Virus record (IMG/VR): IMGVR_UViG_3300031576_000001
Span: 248,001 to 312,000 of that record
Strand: one strand, 5' to 3'
DNA length: 64,000 nt
Numbering within the stretch: the first letter of the stretch is position 1; each line of letters starts with the position of its first letter. This document shows positions 1 through 7,631 of the stretch, piece after piece. Both the position numbers and the translations under genes were made by a program. The notes under the pieces were generated by a model. The model ran no database searches and was not told where the DNA came from. It saw nothing but the letters and a program-made list of their open reading frames with translations.

Positions 1-77
1 AGTCGCCGGATCTGTTCTTCCACGGGTAGTGGCATGGTGAGCCTATCCTACCCTAAGAGGAAAGGAGCGTCTACAGC

Positions 78-1154
78 ATGGCTACCCTCGCAGAAGTCAA
101 AAAAGGCACCTATAAAAGCTATTGTGGTCCCGTTTTCTGGGGTTCGGTCAAGGTTTCCGACCCAGGGGTCACTGAGGGCGGCAAGTTCTTGGTTGTCACT
201 TCCACAACCGAAGGGGGGCGCTGGGACTCGGGGCAAGCCTACGATTCTTGCCGTTTTACCGCGGGCGGTATTCAATACTGCGAGCGCTTCTTCCTGGTCT
301 CAGGCTTGCTAAACGCCATCGGTAACCGTAGCCAGGCACTTCTCACCCCGTTGCAAGACACCCTGGCTAACTTTGGGGCTGAGTTCAAGAAGGGTAGGTT
401 TCACCTGAACGGCAAAGAGGTAAAGACCGACAAGGACCAGTGTAACCTGTTCTTCAAGGGGGGCACAGGGCTACAAGGCTCTTGGACGGACGACGCTTGG
501 CAACAAGGATCTGAAATCGTGGTCGCCGTGGCTAACGTGCTGGCACAGCCCGAAGCGATTGACGTTCAGAAGGCGTACACACTCCCCAGGCTCAAGGGTT
601 TTGCGATCAAAGAGGCTGCCAAGGTGCTCTTTGGGGGTGGCGAGCCTAGCGTAGGTTGGGTAGGGGCTATCAGGGCAGCCTACATTAGCTTTGCAGCCAA
701 CAACCCCACGCTCGCCTACAACGCATTTACCAGGGTTTTTCAGGAGTCAGGCGAAGAGGTATTCAGCGAGGCGTGGTGCGTGAGGCTGCTAGAGGCGCTT
801 ACCTTTAGCTCCGGGGTGGTCATCTACCCCGAGCGGTACAACAAGATACGCCCCGTCATTGAGCGCCTCTTCGGGGTGGACCTCCCCGACCACGCAAGCC
901 AGTTGAAGACCTGGGAAGAGGGGATGGGCTCTACGCGCACCCTGACGACGCCCGTCGAACTACAAGAAGCCCTTATCACTCTAGGTTACGACCTTGGACC
1001 CGCAGGCGCTGACGGTAAGGTGGGCAAGAAGACCACGGAAGCAGTCAAGGCGTTTCAGAGTCAGCGTGGCTTGGTGTCGGACGGTCTTGTGGGACCGCAG
1101 ACACGGACAGCTCTGCTACAGGCTCTTGAGGCTGTGCAACCCCCGTCGCAGTGA
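78..1154 (+). CDS. Cell-wall hydrolase/endolysin-like protein with C-terminal peptidoglycan-binding domain
   Basis: C-terminal LQEALITLGYDLG..ADGKVGKKTTEAVKAFQ...GLVSDGLVGPQT is a PG_binding_1 signature; AAGGAG upstream. Confidence 0.7.
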   Translation: MATLAEVKKGTYKSYCGPVFWGSVKVSDPGVTEGGKFLVVTSTTEGGRWDSGQAYDSCRFTAGGIQYCERFFLVSGLLNAIGNRSQALLTPLQDTLANFGAEFKKGRFHLNGKEVKTDKDQCNLFFKGGTGLQGSWTDDAWQQGSEIVVAVANVLAQPEAIDVQKAYTLPRLKGFAIKEAAKVLFGGGEPSVGWVGAIRAAYISFAANNPTLAYNAFTRVFQESGEEVFSEAWCVRLLEALTFSSGVVIYPERYNKIRPVIERLFGVDLPDHASQLKTWEEGMGSTRTLTTPVELQEALITLGYDLGPAGADGKVGKKTTEAVKAFQSQRGLVSDGLVGPQTRTALLQALEAVQPPSQ

Positions 1155-1566
1155 GGGTGACCTCTGGCAAGGGCGCAGGCTCAGGGGGCGCTTGTACCGC
1201 GGGGGCAGGCGTAGGGGGCAACGCTACCGGCGCGGGCTCTGGGGTGTTAGCCGCTTGCAGCACCTTACGAAGAGCCTCTTTGGAGGCTTTCTTGGTAGGC
1301 GTAGCTTTGACCGGAGCGGGCGGCGGGGTCTCCGCTACGGGCGTGGTCGCTGGCCCAGACTCTTCAGGGGGAGCGTGGTCCAAGACGCCCAGCGCCAGGT
1401 TACAAAGGTCGTACAGGTCAGCCGCCTTGTTACCCGCGTAACGCATAGCGTTAGGGAGCGTGACTAGGAGGCGGGCTCGGTAGTGTTGACTATGTGCCAC
1501 GTCCGCCCCGATGAGCTTTGCGGAGAGGCAGCGGTCGCGAAGGTCGAGAATCTCTTGTCTCTTCAT
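1045..1566 (-). CDS. Hypothetical protein, Pro/Ala-rich C-terminus
   Basis: ORF from MKRQEILDL; 3' end overlaps the convergent gene. Confidence 0.5.
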   Translation of the reverse strand: MKRQEILDLRDRCLSAKLIGADVAHSQHYRARLLVTLPNAMRYAGNKAADLYDLCNLALGVLDHAPPEESGPATTPVAETPPPAPVKATPTKKASKEALRKVLQAANTPEPAPVALPPTPAPAVQAPPEPAPLPEVTLTATGVAQPQEPVAELSVSAVPQDRPTPSHADSETP

Positions 1567-1636
1567 GGTGCGGGGTAACTTAGCACACCACAAGGGCTCC
1601 GCACGCTTTGGCGCTAGAAGGGCGTACCGAGAGGGT

Positions 1637-2479
1637 TAAGGGGTACTGGCTACGCTTCAGGTACCAGACCCACCTTGCGTCAAAGGGGCCAGACTGAGGG
1701 GGTACGACCACGGCGGGCTTTGCGGGTGGCTTGTTGCAAGCGCAGTCATTGTTCTGGTGGAGCCCAAAGAGCTTGACCTTGACGATGCCCACCGTGTACA
1801 GCGGTACCGTGAGGGCGAGCACACGCCCGACGTGCAAAGCTCCCATCACGTTTTGCGCGAGACCCATGGCTAAGCCATTAGCCTCTTTGCGGAGACTCCG
1901 CTCACTGGCGCCAAGGTAGGCGATCTGAGAGTGGTCCACCGTGCCAGCCTTGCCTGCCTCAAGGCTCGTTGCCCGAGGGACTACCCTCATGCTCACGTCC
2001 TGCCATCCAGACTCGCTGGCTCGCAGGTATCCCAGGTGACAGGAAGCGCAACCCGTGTCTTCGCTAGAGCGGGCGCTGTCCTGGGCACGTTCCTGCTTCC
2101 CCTCGTCGTAAGTAATACGCTCCAAAGCCGAGCTAAGCGCGGATTTGCTGGTTTCCGCCGCGATGCGTTGATTGCGCAAGGACGTGAGCCTGACCTTGGT
2201 GCCTTCAATACGAAGGTTACAGTCAGCGACGGCATTGCACTCGGTTTCCCAGTCCTTGGACAGCAACGTCACTACGCGCTCCCTCTCCGCAGCAACCCCC
2301 TTGTCATAGGCAACCCTCACGGAAGCCAGCACCCAAGAGAGAGCCTCCTCGTCGGTGTCAAAGGTGACCTTACTCTCCCCCTTGGTGGTGTCCACAAACC
2401 GATTGAAGGCGTCGGCAATTTGCGTGCGCCATTTGAGGCTGCACTCCTCGTAACCCGCTAGTTTGTCGTTGTCGCTCAT
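1637..2479 (-). CDS. Hypothetical protein (paralog of 2701..3243); ends at TTA 1639-1637
   Basis: Shares an F.xDEEAL.(W/Y)...ER motif with the neighbour; GAGG RBS and GGTGTA motif upstream; standard-code stop is at 1580. Confidence 0.6.
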
Positions 2480-2528
2480 GGTTCTGTCCTCACTTTACAC
2501 CAAAGAGGTTCTCTAGGGTAGTCTCAAA

Positions 2529-2679
2529 GAAAGAATCCCCGCGTGTGCGGGGAACACCGCCAGGCGTACCCCAAGGCTCACGTCGAGACCGGTACATCCC
2601 CGCGTGGGTGGGGAAAACTCACTCCTTGGGGCTCCTACGCGGTTTACCTCGGGTCGATCCCCGTTCACACGGGGAACAC
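2529..2679 (-). CRISPR. Mini CRISPR array with type I-E-like repeats (3 x 29 bp repeats, 2 x 32 bp spacers); no cas genes in the window
   Basis: + strand repeats: 2529-2557 GAAAGAATCCCCGCGTGTGCGGGGAACAC, 2590-2618 CGGTACATCCCCGCGTGGGTGGGGAAAAC, 2651-2679 GGGTCGATCCCCGTTCACACGGGGAACAC. Period is 61 bp. The reverse complement resembles the I-E repeat GTGTTCCCCGC..GCGGGGAT..ACCG. Confidence 0.9.
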
Positions 2680-2700
2680 TCTAAGTTGAAGGCGCAACCG

Positions 2701-3243
2701 TCAAGCAGGCTGGTCCTTACCAAACAGATCACTTTCCAAGAGGCTAGCCAGCATAGCAACCTCAGCGTCATTCCGTTCCGCCTGGACTTTCGAGTCTTTC
2801 AGCGTTGCACGGGCTTGCTTGGTGCGGGTTGCCAGCGTAGCGCTTCGGTCCTGAGCCTTGCCCCACTGAGAGGTAAGCTCGGAAAAGACACGCTCCAACA
2901 CCGCCCGCTCACCCTCTTTGCGTGCCTCGACGAGCCCACCCAAGGCGTGGTCCATGTAAGCAAGAGCCTCCTCGTCATTGGTGAAAACGACCGGGTTCTC
3001 TGTGTCATGCTTGGTAGCGAGGGCTGAGAGGCGGTCTCGCCAGTCCTGACTCGCACGATCATTGGCTCGCTTGGTTTGCTCGTCGGCATAGACAACGAGG
3101 GCGAGCAGGTGGGCTATCCAATCTAGCGCGGACTCGCGGGAGAGTAGAACGATGGGTGGTACCCCAAGCTGTTTGTTGCGTTGGTTGGCGAGGCTGGTGA
3201 TGCCCTCTAGCCAACGGTCGCGCTCGTCATCTGTCTGGCTCAT
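2701..3243 (-). CDS. Hypothetical coiled-coil protein (paralog of 1637..2479)
   Basis: VFTNDEEALAY motif; GGTGTA 10 nt upstream of ATG. Confidence 0.65.
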   Translation of the reverse strand: MSQTDDERDRWLEGITSLANQRNKQLGVPPIVLLSRESALDWIAHLLALVVYADEQTKRANDRASQDWRDRLSALATKHDTENPVVFTNDEEALAYMDHALGGLVEARKEGERAVLERVFSELTSQWGKAQDRSATLATRTKQARATLKDSKVQAERNDAEVAMLASLLESDLFGKDQPA

Positions 3244-3252
3244 AACCCCCGG

Positions 3253-3981
3253 TTACACCGATGGGGCTGCGATCTCGAAATGTTGCCAATCCTGGCGCCC
3301 AGCGAAGAACCCCCCGGAGTAGAAACCGTGCGCCTCAGCCAAGGGTACAAGGGGGTACACACAACCCCATGCTCCCAAAGGTGCCCCTTTTGACTTCAGC
3401 GGGTTCTCGCTGGCGTTTATGTCAAAGGCAGAGCCCCAACTATGTGAACTGAGGTTTACAGCGGACCCTCGGACGAAGCGGGGCACGTACAAGCCATCCC
3501 AGGACACAAGGAGGGACAGCAAGCCAGCCTGGCGCCACGCTTCAAAGAGGTCTACCAAGGGGCCGGCTACTTTACGGTGACACTGTACCTTGCCCGAGGA
3601 GGGTGCTCCCCGTACTCCCCCGATGGGCAAGAGCACGGTAACAAGGTTGTCCCGTGCCCAGGAGCCCTCGACCGTGATTGCCTCTGGGTTCCCTGGTAGC
3701 GGCGAGGCTCGGTAGGCAAACTGCCCCAAGAGGGCTACCTTGGCTGCGTAAGACAGGGGTTTCACGGTGGACACCGTAGGCGCTTCGGTCTCACGCAGCC
3801 CCTGGCTTTCGGCTTCCGCCAGCGTCTCGGCGTCCACCACCCCAGTAATCGCAAGCCCGTAAGTAGCCTGCCACTCGCGGAGCGCCTTGGTTATAGGCGC
3901 GGGCTCCGTCCTCTTAGCTAGAGAGGGCATGACGCCTACGCGGTTCAGAAAAGCCCCCATCTGGTACAGTGCTTCGTCCAT
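3253..3981 (-). CDS. M15-family peptidoglycan peptidase with N-terminal PG-binding domain
   Basis: ALREWQATYGLAITGVVD (PG-binding); SSHSWGSAFDIN and DWQHFE zinc-peptidase motifs. Confidence 0.85.
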   Translation of the reverse strand: MDEALYQMGAFLNRVGVMPSLAKRTEPAPITKALREWQATYGLAITGVVDAETLAEAESQGLRETEAPTVSTVKPLSYAAKVALLGQFAYRASPLPGNPEAITVEGSWARDNLVTVLLPIGGVRGAPSSGKVQCHRKVAGPLVDLFEAWRQAGLLSLLVSWDGLYVPRFVRGSAVNLSSHSWGSAFDINASENPLKSKGAPLGAWGCVYPLVPLAEAHGFYSGGFFAGRQDWQHFEIAAPSV

Positions 3982-4008
3982 GTAGGCGTGGGTAGCACAA
4001 GGGGCGCG

Positions 4009-4712
4009 TTAGCCCCGGCACACACGACACGGGGCTTCTGCTTCATCGTACCCCTCTTGACCCCTTGGAATACGTCCAGCCTCGAAAGCTAGACGCAGAT
4101 CCTTGAGGGCTGCTGGCCAAGTGTCCCGGTTCGGGGAGCGGAAAGTATGTCATACTTTCCGCTCGATCTCTTCACCCTGCGCGTAAATCTCAGGGTGGTC
4201 GCGCCAAAGTGCGTACCACTCGGTAAGCCTCTGACCGTAACAAAAGGCACAATCCGTGCGCTTGGGGATTTTGATACCACGGCTCGACAAGAAGCCCTTG
4301 ACTTGCGCTAGTCCCCAACCCTGCTCCCTAAGAGGGTAACGGTATGTAGCGTAGGGCCCATACAATCCTACACGTTCCTCCTCGTCGGCACGCAAACCTA
4401 CACAAAGCGTACTCCCTGGGTGGCGCAAAAGGTGAGCGATGGCCGGCTGGATCTTGATTTGCCTCGTACACCAACGCTGGCGGTGGTTGGGTAGCGCGTT
4501 GTAGGTGTCGATGAGCGGTAGCAACCTCGGCCCTTTGGGTAGCACCAGCGGTTTTTTCAACGCCTCTGTGTTGCCTCAACATGAGCCCTTAGCCCGGGTA
4601 GCTCGTTATCCGTGGCAGTGAACAATAGCTCGAAGTCCTCACCCTGCTCCGCGAGCAAGTACGCCATTGCCGTGGAGTCTTTCCCCCCAGAGAAGGCAAC
4701 GAAGGTGGTCAC
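4009..4712 (-). pseudogene. PAPS-reductase-family (PP-loop) gene, disrupted
   Basis: Starts MTTFVAFSGGKDSTAMA. Frameshift near 4565, then RWCTRQIKIQP, GLRADE, RTDCAFCY. In-frame TGA at 4152-4150 before HTFRSP. Second frameshift before the terminal CRVC. Confidence 0.7.
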
Positions 4713-4906
4713 CCCTCGTCACCCTGGCAGGCAACCCGACCCTCGCGACAGGCGAGGCGCTTCCAGGTGCGCCGCAGGCGGGCTTTCACGTTGCCGGCGC
4801 TGTAACCGCGCCCGCTGCCAACCTTGCCCACGCTGCTCTTCAGAGCACCAGCGCAGATGGCACCCACGTCCAGAGCGATCTCGATTTTGACGCCGTAGGG
4901 TTTCAT
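4709..4906 (-). CDS. Hypothetical protein
   Basis: GGAG RBS; GTGA overlap with the next gene. Confidence 0.5.
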   Translation of the reverse strand: MKPYGVKIEIALDVGAICAGALKSSVGKVGSGRGYSAGNVKARLRRTWKRLACREGRVACQGDEG

Positions 4907-4911
4907 GACTT

Positions 4912-5052
4912 TCACTCCTCCTCGCCTTCGGAGGCGAGGCACTCCTCGCGAGCGCGCCTGGTGCGCTCCTCCCCGCGAACCATATCCTCTGAGCACTTCT
5001 CGCGGAGGGCTTCGCCCTCACACGCCTCAGTCTCGCACGTTAGACAGGTCAT
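4912..5052 (-). CDS. Small Cys-rich hypothetical protein
   Basis: AAGGAGG RBS before MTCLTC. Confidence 0.45.
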   Translation of the reverse strand: MTCLTCETEACEGEALREKCSEDMVRGEERTRRAREECLASEGEEE

Positions 5053-5078
5053 GGTGACCTCCTTACCTCTGGCTGTGG

Positions 5079-5372
5079 TAAACCCAGGCTCCAACCGTGG
5101 TCCAGGGACCACCCAGCGACAGCGGCGAGGACCGCCTCATCGCTAGGACCACCGCGGTCCAAAACACCCTTTGTGTCCTGGTACAGAAACACCCCCACCT
5201 CTCCGAGGGGTACTGAATCCGCAGAGAAGTACAGGTCACTCTTCCTCGGGTCCGGGGACTCCGAGGTGTGCGTGACCCGCACCTCCCCGGACCCGTCCGG
5301 GGTAGCGTACACGTACACACAACCACGGTTCCGCTCGATGAACCGCCGCTTTGAAAAGAACCCGTAGGACAT
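5079..5372 (-). CDS. Hypothetical protein (TTA at 5081-5079; standard stop at 5049)
   Basis: Directly downstream of a GTGAAT-N16-CGTA promoter; true end ambiguous. Confidence 0.6.
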
Positions 5373-5381
5373 AACCCCTCT

Positions 5382-5407
5382 TACGCTGAGAGACACCCAC
5401 GATTCAC
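5382..5407 (-). promoter_or_regulatory. ECF-sigma-like promoter GTGAAT-N16-CGTA
   Basis: One of 8 copies with identical spacing. Confidence 0.7.
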
Positions 5408-5421
5408 AAGAAATTTGAGAC

Positions 5422-5997
5422 TCACGGATTGTAAGCTACAGAGCCAGCATTGGTACGGTCTATGCTTCCGGTCCAGGTCGAAAACGTACCCGCTGTGTAG
5501 CCTGCGATAAGTTGGTTGGGGGTGAAGGCTACCCAGGGTAGGGTACCGCCTGTGTAGGACGCGGGGGGTACGAGGGTACCGTTGACGTGGAAAGAGACGT
5601 AGCCTCCGTGCTGCAAAGGGCGCTCACTGTCCCAGGAGAGGCGTAGGTGACAGGCGATGCCGGCAGGGAGGGCGGTACCTGTGTACTCTGCGGCGGTAAG
5701 CCCGCCGTCGTCGAGAATGTAGAAGGTAGCGGTTTGGGCGGCGGTAATGCCCATTGCCAGGGACAGTCCAGAGCCTTCAACCCAGAGCATGGCGGCGAGC
5801 CTGGACAACCCACCGCCAGCGCCAGGAACCCCGTAGACCTCGACCATGCCTTGTTTCCCTGAGAGGGTACTGACGGGGGACACGGTAAAGCCAGGGGCAC
5901 CAAACTGAACGGGGACGGGGGGTTGTGGGGTGACGGCATACAGGGTAGAGTCTGACCGGTGGTCTACTAGAAGGCCCGACGAGGTGAGCGTGATCAT
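5422..5997 (-). CDS. Putative beta-sandwich (LamG-like) virion protein
   Basis: G/T/S-rich; HLRLSWD...FHVNG pattern. Confidence 0.45.
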   Translation of the reverse strand: MITLTSSGLLVDHRSDSTLYAVTPQPPVPVQFGAPGFTVSPVSTLSGKQGMVEVYGVPGAGGGLSRLAAMLWVEGSGLSLAMGITAAQTATFYILDDGGLTAAEYTGTALPAGIACHLRLSWDSERPLQHGGYVSFHVNGTLVPPASYTGGTLPWVAFTPNQLIAGYTAGTFSTWTGSIDRTNAGSVAYNP

Positions 5998-6604
5998 GAC
6001 AGAGACCCAAGATAAGAGCCCCCTCCTCGGGGGCACGGTTACCCGCCTTGAGCGTATCGAGGCTACCCAGACGCAACCGGGCTACCTTGAGGTTGACACC
6101 AGCGCGGGGGGCGTAGTGACTCGCTGGCGACTTCGCGACAAGGAGACCCTGAAAATAGGCGAGGTTACGGGTGCAACGCTACGGCTGCCATCGTTCCCCG
6201 TGCTCATCCAAGAGGTCAAGGGGTTCCGGGCGGCGCTGGGTGACAAGGAGCGCCAGTCGTTTCAACTCAGGTGTACCCAGGGACAGAAGAGCCTTACCGT
6301 CCAGGGATACCAACCCTCTATGCACTGGGCGTGTCCTTTGACCGTGACGGAAGATGCCACCCTGAGAAACCAAGTAGACACCTTGAACGACGCCTTGAAT
6401 TGCGACCGCCCCAAGGTGCTCGGTCCCTGGAGGGAGGGGGCGCGTACCACCCTGGAGCCCCGCGCCGTGCCCGCTGTCTCGGTCAAAGAGACGGGGGACT
6501 GGGTAATCTACCTCTGGCAGAGCAAGGGTACCGCCAAATCCCAAGCTGACGGCCAAGTGGTCACAGACAGCCTCCTACGCGCGGGCGGGTTCGTTCTCTT
6601 CTGA
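5996..6604 (+). CDS. Hypothetical protein
   Basis: ORF with GAGG upstream. Confidence 0.55.
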   Translation: MTETQDKSPLLGGTVTRLERIEATQTQPGYLEVDTSAGGVVTRWRLRDKETLKIGEVTGATLRLPSFPVLIQEVKGFRAALGDKERQSFQLRCTQGQKSLTVQGYQPSMHWACPLTVTEDATLRNQVDTLNDALNCDRPKVLGPWREGARTTLEPRAVPAVSVKETGDWVIYLWQSKGTAKSQADGQVVTDSLLRAGGFVLF

Positions 6605-6702
6605 GCCTGAAAGGGAGGGGGGTAAGAACAGACCCCGGACCTCTAGCACGGCTACTTAAAGGAGGGACTAGTGGGTGTCTCTGTACCCTTGGGTCTAATT
6701 TC

Positions 6703-6728
6703 GTGAACGCAAAAGCAAGCCGGACGTA
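6703..6728 (+). promoter_or_regulatory. ECF-sigma-like promoter GTGAAC-N16-CGTA
   Basis: Motif copy upstream of 6745. Confidence 0.6.
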
Positions 6729-6744
6729 GTACGAGGAGCATCCT

Positions 6745-7566
6745 ATGGAAGACCTCATCGTAACAAACGGTGCGGAGGGGGAGAAGACTCGCGCCTTCTC
6801 GGCTACCCTCTTGACGTTGGTGCTCGCGGACAATTTGTGGGACCAGAGCAAGGGGGGCACGTTGCGCCCTGTGCTCCTCTCGGTGGCAAGCACCGAGGAG
6901 GAAATGCGAGCCTTTCTGGCGAACCTGCGTATGGGGCGGAAGGTCTCTTTTGCTACGGGTCGCACCCCAGACTGGGCGAACTACCTTGACGCGCACCTAG
7001 AGGTTCTCAAAACCTCTGGCTTTCGGTGGACTTCGCAGCGTTTCGAGGGGGGCGTGGTGGTGACCACGGGTTTTTACCCTGACCTGTTCACCATGGACCC
7101 CGGGATGGTGGACCCCGAGAAGGGAATTCGGTTCTGTCTGCTCCCTCCCTCGGGGTGGGTCGTGTCTGACCAAGAGGTAACCGAGGTTTCTGCCTACATG
7201 GTGGCGGCGGACCTATGGGCTGACTCTCCCGGGGAGCTAGCCAGGTTTGCCGTGCTGGCACCCTTGTTCATGGCGTACCTTGACCGGCGAACCCGGTGCC
7301 CCTTGCTCACGGATCGGCGGTTTGCCTTGCAGCTTTTGGTCGCGTGCCTTCGTAAGGGGCTAGCTACCGTGAGTTGTGAGCGCCGTTCGTCCAGGTCGTA
7401 TTACACAAGGGAGCCTTTTGGGGAGTTGAGCAGGTTGGGGTACATGGAGGTACGCCCCGAGGCGGCTGGTTACCAGCCCGGGTTGGCTTTCCTCTCGGAC
7501 CACGAGACGTTTGAGCGTATTCTCGCTCAAGAGGTTGCCACGTTTCTTTCTGTCGCTTTTTACTGA
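6745..7566 (+). CDS. Hypothetical protein preceding the MTase-helicase
   Basis: GAGGAG RBS; 273 aa ORF. Confidence 0.7.
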   Translation: MEDLIVTNGAEGEKTRAFSATLLTLVLADNLWDQSKGGTLRPVLLSVASTEEEMRAFLANLRMGRKVSFATGRTPDWANYLDAHLEVLKTSGFRWTSQRFEGGVVVTTGFYPDLFTMDPGMVDPEKGIRFCLLPPSGWVVSDQEVTEVSAYMVAADLWADSPGELARFAVLAPLFMAYLDRRTRCPLLTDRRFALQLLVACLRKGLATVSCERRSSRSYYTREPFGELSRLGYMEVRPEAAGYQPGLAFLSDHETFERILAQEVATFLSVAFY

Positions 7567-7588
7567 ATCGGCACCCCAACCCAGCGTA
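7563..7588 (+). promoter_or_regulatory. ECF-sigma-like promoter CTGAAT-N16-CGTA
   Basis: Motif copy upstream of 7632. Confidence 0.55.
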
Positions 7589-7631
7589 AGAGGGTCTAAG
7601 TCTAAACCGTAGAACAGAAAGGGCTACAGTC

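Noticed and set aside
299-303. TCA as an additional stop codon
   Set aside because: TCA occurs in-frame inside clear genes (e.g. FLVSGLL in 78..1154)
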